NCBI GenBank assembly: GCA_017438635.1
Contig: JAFRUZ010000002.1
Coordinates: forward strand, 623-64,622
From: Bacilli bacterium
GTDB lineage: Bacteria; Bacillota_I; Bacilli_A; RF39; UBA660
Direction: 5' to 3'
DNA length: 64,000 nucleotides
How positions within the stretch are numbered: the stretch's first letter is position 1; every line of letters begins with the position of its first letter. The translations under genes were made by a program, and so were the position numbers. A model generated the notes under the pieces. That model was not told where the DNA came from and did not search any database. It saw only the letters and a program-made list of their open reading frames with translations. This document shows positions 60,101-64,000 of this stretch, one piece after another.

Positions 60101-61768
60101 AGAGTTACCTCCAACTACTGCTATGAAGTTACCATTTGAACCTGTTCTAGTTATTCGTCTACCTATTTTAACATTGTGATAGTTTCCATAGAAACCACCA
60201 TTTCTACTTGTAGGATTAGATACATCACTAAATTCTATATCATCATCTTCAAGATTATAAAAATCAAAACTACAATTTATTCTTATATTTTCAATTGTAG
60301 TATCTGCATAAGCATTTACTTGAATACCGTTTATAGTAGTTGTACTCCACCAACCACCACTTGTACTAACCGTTGCAACTGTCCAGGTAGCATTAGAATC
60401 ATAATTAGTAGTACCATCGTTATATTCAGTTGTTAATGTAAATGGTTTATTTTGACCACTAGCCCAAGTAGTATTCATACTATTAGTCATAACTATTATA
60501 TTGGTATCTCTTGTTACCAAATAGTAATAAGTAGTATTATTAGCTGCGATGTTTGGATTATTATTTGAATCATAGTATTGCATAAGTTCATAGTAATCGC
60601 AACCATTGGTAGCAGTACAGGATGTAACGACGTTACCATCTGCATCATAGAAATTTGCTCCTACTGTAGCACCTCTAGCAAAGTGTTGAGCTTTATAATA
60701 ACCAGCAACATTTTTGTTACCGATATCTTCGTTATAATCTTCATGTGTTTGATCAGGTACTAATGGTAAAGTATCCGGATCAACTAAACTCATACTATTA
60801 TTTCTTAATCTATAATAATTATTACCTTCGGTATAGTATTCACCACTAGGTATTAGCCTGTAATAAGTACAAGTATTTTGGTTACAAGTACCACTAGTAT
60901 ATAATTGCCCTCTGTTACTATAGTAACCTACTCTTGATTGACCTCTTGTTAATATTACTTGCGCATAATATCCACCCATATCATAAGGCAAGTATGAATC
61001 TACTACTGTAACTGATGATACAAGTGGTTGCATACCTTTAGCTTTTAAATCTCCAAAAGCTGTTGACCAGTTTCTGCTTGTAGAAACAGTAGTACTTGTA
61101 GCTACTACCCAGTTAGCATTAAAAGTTATTTCTATTGCTTCAGGTTCACCACTAGAATATGTAACAGGAACTTTTGCAAATCTTAAATAATGTCCTGCAT
61201 CATATCTAAGAGTTACACCTTGATAATTAGTAGTCCATCCATTAAATGCTTTACCTGCCGGCCTTTTTGTAAATGGATTATCAATAAGTTCTATTTCTAT
61301 ATAATCATCACTAGTACTATTAGTACCGTTATTATTAACAGGATAAACTTTATAGTATCTATATATACGTTGTGTTTCATCATTTGATACATACCCTATT
61401 AAATTACTATTATCAGCATCTGTACTATCATATATTACTTCAGTTTGTACTAAGTTAGCATCACTATAAATGTGTTGATTTGAGCCACTTGGAAGTGTTC
61501 CATTACTACTATAAGTGTAATTAAGACCCATATAATAATTATAATCTTTTCTAAGATCATCTACAGATACCACTGTACTTGTCATTCCTGAATTTTCATT
61601 TCCATATCCAGGAAACTTACTACTAAACAGTGCATATGAAGGAAGAAAACTGATAATATTTAGTAGTATAACTAAAAAAAAGGATACAAGAAAAACTAAA
61701 CGTATCGTTTTTGGAACACGCTTAACTTTTAAATTAATAGTTTTAAGTATTAATTTAAATTTTTCCAT
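54107..61768 (-). CDS. Giant surface protein (2553 aa): Gly-repeat beta-solenoid with CBM2-like insert; putative adhesin
   Basis: N-terminal basic + hydrophobic segment ending SYALF; many (V/I)(Y/F)GG(G/S/N) repeats; V.VTNNSDKTITEW...LAPGATHSFTF. Confidence 0.8.
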   Translation of the reverse strand: MEKFKLILKTINLKVKRVPKTIRLVFLVSFFLVILLNIISFLPSYALFSSKFPGYGNENSGMTSTVVSVDDLRKDYNYYMGLNYTYSSNGTLPSGSNQHIYSDANLVQTEVIYDSTDADNSNLIGYVSNDETQRIYRYYKVYPVNNNGTNSTSDDYIEIELIDNPFTKRPAGKAFNGWTTNYQGVTLRYDAGHYLRFAKVPVTYSSGEPEAIEITFNANWVVATSTTVSTSRNWSTAFGDLKAKGMQPLVSSVTVVDSYLPYDMGGYYAQVILTRGQSRVGYYSNRGQLYTSGTCNQNTCTYYRLIPSGEYYTEGNNYYRLRNNSMSLVDPDTLPLVPDQTHEDYNEDIGNKNVAGYYKAQHFARGATVGANFYDADGNVVTSCTATNGCDYYELMQYYDSNNNPNIAANNTTYYYLVTRDTNIIVMTNSMNTTWASGQNKPFTLTTEYNDGTTNYDSNATWTVATVSTSGGWWSTTTINGIQVNAYADTTIENIRINCSFDFYNLEDDDIEFSDVSNPTSRNGGFYGNYHNVKIGRRITRTGSNGNFIAVVGGNSSSNSNKNYKLMIEQGHYMSISNTNTPYNSTNNVPTISMDGLVEYGNDYDRVANDNTKLDVYYCASGTWGGAYSAINGKETFIELTVKSGSFGGGKIDHTTGIYVGGRYGGTHNAARQATILGGYIYNLIGGPLTATNRGSVNDTYIYQKGGTIDMITGGAGTTATYGNRIIQLTGGKINYSVFGGSNGYDGSEGDGTLRGSSLVYVGGGAEIGDTTIMASNNNTMWGAEAGSVFGNGNGKSGSQTIGSNDNSNVIIDEDALVNGNVYGGGNFSAVGVSKTSGTTTTNIWVHGGTISGSVYGGGNNNGSGSSSISSTVNIEMTGGTVSGAVYGGSNEKGTIYGSTNVNIVNGTVANVFGGGKGGYIANDNDHPGTYVTQNVRVTIGDSSINPGPTISGEVFGGSAYGTVNGATNTNTVSSYDTRVTVNKGNIGSVFGGGKGSSTYTPYVEGNVLVTINGGDITNVFGGNDAAGTPNGTVQVKLYGGDVDYTYGGGNQTGVPVTSVLLDGANCGEIYGGSNQSGNVTTSNVTLTSGSATYVYGGNNAGGVTSSANVTLNGASAGTIYGGGRLATTTQTLVTLTSGTATDVFGGGKSASITTSTTVNQNGATVNGSIFGGSDSSGTVPQSTVNINGGRATSVYGGNNAGGTTTTTYVNLNSGRATYVYGGGNQATTTTSTVTLDGTNTRSIFGGGNQAGLTTSNIILKSGTATNVFGGSNQSGTVTTSHISTAQTNKTTFNNETEIDMDITTSAVAVDPYWQDTDYTSVVTVNVTVTNNSDKTITEWSGVLKDQGSTLYSNYSNHDITEDDGIYTFNQINKYDENNPFELAPGATHSFTFTIYSNDPVANFEMDEQSIVGISSSGDAFVQNSENLIVSNLYGGNNRGGLTGTTDINLTKGYVHNVYGGGNLAPVNYANINCNGVAIGGQLYGGGNQAAVNNNTTVNFVNSSIIGSIYGGGNAGVVTGNTNVYISSSTIGDSVYAGGNGSAAVVNGNATVTIDGTTNVGRNVFGGGNAAQTGIEANNNSISTVNIAGATIGGNVYGGANTSRVYGYTRVNIGYNTIPNNSNLVQGDISIGGTVFGGGEANASGSANYDFSFISVTRGIDIYIDAATHNNFNIDGSIFGSGNASSTSGYSYITIDNYGSANDIKRNISLQRADRVIINNSCFELYGAKDRTNDYDDEEFSISRIAELKIKNGTTLYLKTGANLLEEFTSAVDINNVETLAAVDIDEENKTVTKNVDNRVYILEGKVLNIAKTQNISVPGEVHGMTFFGMYQRTREGVISTGLYNEQYDYDDVVPSTDLYMYSRGSYVLGEHYRQTHDITVDGFYSNFDLADNSGKIKVDYITPTPDDADYYMWSIGEQVSSYPMTITASKYLTLGTVDLPLVMHSGPNAVFSIVGFNYADLADGVNLVDPETIPRIASSQQAADNNMGLAIKTPSSGWMNNGETVFLSDPDHPINGTINYKRENSIMTPVLQFYLYHSKNLYTSGNMGDVVISLVVVTPVNDLESIIERVNVEIHLTRALFTTNDYEGTAAPGKHYSLFASDAINITTTGSYSNYYSLFVQQQNFYQTGCYRTLVSDYVLPEKTKITLIDLHNHADPSYYYYIVSAADYAAAQTEFQQNQEVTYDFSRFIRMGSTSPTNTYSDSANNVAYFDTTNDIAQEEFIAIVDFSESGINSNVIGKSLLIELRNSGGQTIVGVLGLQQAAMQYNLIHGDESVIDVTGTLSTNNIYPGDEVRLNVTTNYVQNTYQGVPVYDTAALESQMGIKITIFDSNNDQVTGASLLGVSYELDGVLHYPRVDGTTRIKIAERISNVLARIKLHTTKSLAPGQYTMKIESFSSPDGIYYGLVSSDYTTIPFNVLDSVYGLDVTLPEKQVIIDKDTGKNLNDNNTEVFTYKYSSMLSNPQIRISMKRRKYNTPFSTEYELVDIRDYFQNQFTTTSTPNEFLLTRYPANNTNIFLTTKSNLVSGTYRVVISLYDGNNYIGEVYQYLIIK

Positions 61769-61797
61769 GTATTACTCCTTTTTTATTTTTTTATTTA

Positions 61798-62829
61798 TTA
61801 ACTTGGATTAGTTGTAATTTGAAATTGGAATTCTAAATCTCCAGATGAAGAACCATTTTCACAGTCAACATCTTGTCCTTCAAGCCAGATATATACTCTG
61901 TATTTTGTAATACCTGCTTTTAAATCAAATATTTGTTGGTTGCTTGCAAAACCTGTTGATGTTTTATAATTAGCAGTTACATTAGAAAAATATGCAGGAT
62001 AGTTAGCAGCAGTTGCTTGTCCTAATGTAATGTTTTGAGATTCATTTATTATATTTGATACTCCAGAATAATTAAGTGGAGCGTTGTTAGCAGTTATTGT
62101 TTGTCCAAATAGTGAATAAGCATTAGCTATTCCTGTTGGAGAATGGGTATTTGCATTAGGTTCCCAAATATATAAATCAGAACTAGTTCCTCCTCTTAGT
62201 GATTGAATAGAACCTTGAGCTGATCCTATAGGAACTGTTCCTTCTTCTAGAAAAGCAATTCTTATAGCATTTTCTACTCCTGCATTATTATTGCCAGTAA
62301 AGGTAACTGTTGAATTTGGAGTTAGATATCCATCAGATGATTTATCAACTTTTAAGAAGAAATCAAACGCTAAGTAATCTCCTTCATCACCACGAGCCTC
62401 AGGACTATTCACAGTGGTAATAATATAGTCACCATTTTCATTTCCTAGAATTACTCCACGGTACATAGTCATAAATCCACTAGAAACACTTCCAACAGTA
62501 GAAGTTGGTATTAATGAATCTGGGAATTGATTAAGACTGGCAGGATAAGTTGAAACTGCTCCTTCCAATTCTTCTTGGTTGATAATTGTTTTCCAATTAA
62601 GACCATCTACAGATATTTCAATACCACCTTGCGATTCAACATGAACATTCAAAGAATTTACTGATACTATCCTGTTTGCAGTAAACCAAGCATATGTTGA
62701 AACACTTAGCATAAATCCTGTAAATACTAAGAGAAAAAATAGTAATAATAATCTATTTTTTCTACGTTCTTTGTATTTTGGGTCTTCTAAATAATCTAAA
62801 TTTTTATCCTTCTTTTGTAGCATTTTCAT
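61798..62829 (-). CDS. TasA/CalY-like protein with SipW-class signal peptide
   Basis: ...MLSVSTYAWFTAN...; C-terminal YIWLEGQDVDC. Confidence 0.72.
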   Translation of the reverse strand: MKMLQKKDKNLDYLEDPKYKERRKNRLLLLFFLLVFTGFMLSVSTYAWFTANRIVSVNSLNVHVESQGGIEISVDGLNWKTIINQEELEGAVSTYPASLNQFPDSLIPTSTVGSVSSGFMTMYRGVILGNENGDYIITTVNSPEARGDEGDYLAFDFFLKVDKSSDGYLTPNSTVTFTGNNNAGVENAIRIAFLEEGTVPIGSAQGSIQSLRGGTSSDLYIWEPNANTHSPTGIANAYSLFGQTITANNAPLNYSGVSNIINESQNITLGQATAANYPAYFSNVTANYKTSTGFASNQQIFDLKAGITKYRVYIWLEGQDVDCENGSSSGDLEFQFQITTNPS

Positions 62830-63565
62830 CTACCCCCTCAATATGAGATTCAATTATATCCATATGCATTTTTATTTCTCCACCAATAAGAGGATCCAAG
62901 CAATCTGGATCTGGTCCAGATAAATAAACAACAATCATAAACTTATCAACAGCATTTGGAGGCATCTTTGCTCTTTGTTCCAAAACTGCTATTTTATCTG
63001 AATAAAATGGCGTTGTTAATACATTAGAATCTTCTGTTCTTTTTTCTGGTGTTTTTGTATCACCATTAATTTTGGCATATACTTTTTCTTGACCATTTCG
63101 ATATATTACTATTCTAATAGCTTCATCAACATGTCTAGTAACATCATCTATATCTATTTCATACCAATAATCAATAGTTCTTTGACCAGTATTTTCTGTA
63201 TAAAAAGTATAAATCATAAGATTTTCATCATTATGTGCACCATCTTTTTCAAAATGGTTATTCTCTTTTAGTTTTTGATAAACCCAATTATCTCCGACAT
63301 TATCCATAAACTCTAATTCTTTAGCAAATAATCTTCTTTGTGACCTTTTTTCTATTTTGTCTTCGTATATGATTAATCCTGTTTTTAAAGCAAAGTTTGG
63401 ATCAAGTGTAATAGTAAATTTACCACCATTATATATAACTCTTAAAATAAGAAATAAAACAAACAATACTAAAAAAAGTACTAACCCAACAATTTTAACC
63501 GTTTTTAAAGTTATCTTTCTTCTTTTGACTTTCTTAGCAGTTACTTCAACCTCTTTTATTGCCAT
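62804..63565 (-). CDS. Membrane-anchored paralog of the TasA-like subunit
   Basis: N-terminal TM; EAIRI and YLSGPDPDC motifs shared with 61798-62829. Confidence 0.65.
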   Translation of the reverse strand: MAIKEVEVTAKKVKRRKITLKTVKIVGLVLFLVLFVLFLILRVIYNGGKFTITLDPNFALKTGLIIYEDKIEKRSQRRLFAKELEFMDNVGDNWVYQKLKENNHFEKDGAHNDENLMIYTFYTENTGQRTIDYWYEIDIDDVTRHVDEAIRIVIYRNGQEKVYAKINGDTKTPEKRTEDSNVLTTPFYSDKIAVLEQRAKMPPNAVDKFMIVVYLSGPDPDCLDPLIGGEIKMHMDIIESHIEGVDENATKEG

Positions 63566-63720
63566 ATAATCACACTTTCTCCATTATATTTTATATATAA
63601 TAATTTTATCATATTATAGAGAGTAATGCAATAAAACATAGACCTAAAATAGCAAAAATATTGTATAAATTTTCAAAAAATGATATACTTTTTTTATAAG
63701 TAAAATAAGAGGTGATGTTT

Positions 63721-64000
63721 TTGACTATCCGCAGGCGTTTGGGCAGGCTTATTGCTTGCATTGCCCTACTCTTTTTAATACTAGTTGTAACTGATACATA
63801 CTCAAAATATTTGAGCGAAGCAACTGGTACTACAGACATTGATGTTGCAAGATGGAGAATCCTAGTAAATGGTCAAGATATAAGAAATAATGCTAATATA
63901 TCTCAAGTTATTACACCATATCTTTATTCTAACAATCATATTGCTTCGAATATAATAGCACCGACATCTACAGGATACTTTGATATAATTATAAATTGTG
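63721..64000 (+). CDS. TasA/CalY-like protein with SipW-class signal, truncated at window edge
   Basis: AGAGGTG RBS + TTG; MTIRRRLGRLIACIALLFLILVVTDTYSKYLSEATG...VARWRILVNG...IAPTSTGYFDIII; open to the end of the window. Confidence 0.72.
   Translation, partial: MTIRRRLGRLIACIALLFLILVVTDTYSKYLSEATGTTDIDVARWRILVNGQDIRNNANISQVITPYLYSNNHIASNIIAPTSTGYFDIIINC

Noticed and set aside
1255-63569. Many short plus-strand ORFs in the track (e.g. 5260-5634, 38500-39033, 43458-43805, 47555-47929)
   Set aside because: Antisense shadows of well-supported minus-strand genes, with no RBS or motifs.
63609-63839. 76-aa minus-strand ORF
   Set aside because: Antisense to the better supported plus-strand TasA-like gene starting at 63721.

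Overview
A very AT-rich, standard-code chromosomal segment from a low-GC Firmicute. By gene style and content it is most consistent with an uncultured Bacilli lineage such as RF39 (inference). Nearly all genes lie on the minus strand. Core genes: tRNA-Val/Arg, parE, parC, xerC, murE, a murF-like/ddl/hydrolase trio, leuS, polA-mutM, prsA, recX, rpoZ, ftsA-ftsZ, ftsY-ylxM, uppS. Also present: a heterodimeric ABC exporter, an arginine deiminase operon with an in-frame carbamate kinase-YfcC antiporter fusion, and scattered sporulation genes (spoIVA, yutH-like, cotD-like, two unannotated YjcZ/SscA micro-ORFs) with sigE/sigK-like promoters. Most notable: (1) a TasA/CalY-like (SipW-class signal) fibre locus with a 2553-aa Gly-repeat solenoid adhesin carrying a CBM2-like insert; (2) a single zinc-ribbon gene flanked by a 40-bp direct repeat that duplicates the 3' end and terminator of spoIVA; (3) three orphan promoter-to-terminator units that look like small RNAs, one with a Rex-type operator and one upstream of arcA; (4) a tandem zinc-ribbon membrane-protein array with a nonsense-disrupted member. 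No CRISPR, IS or prophage was seen. All assignments are by eye and unverified by database search.
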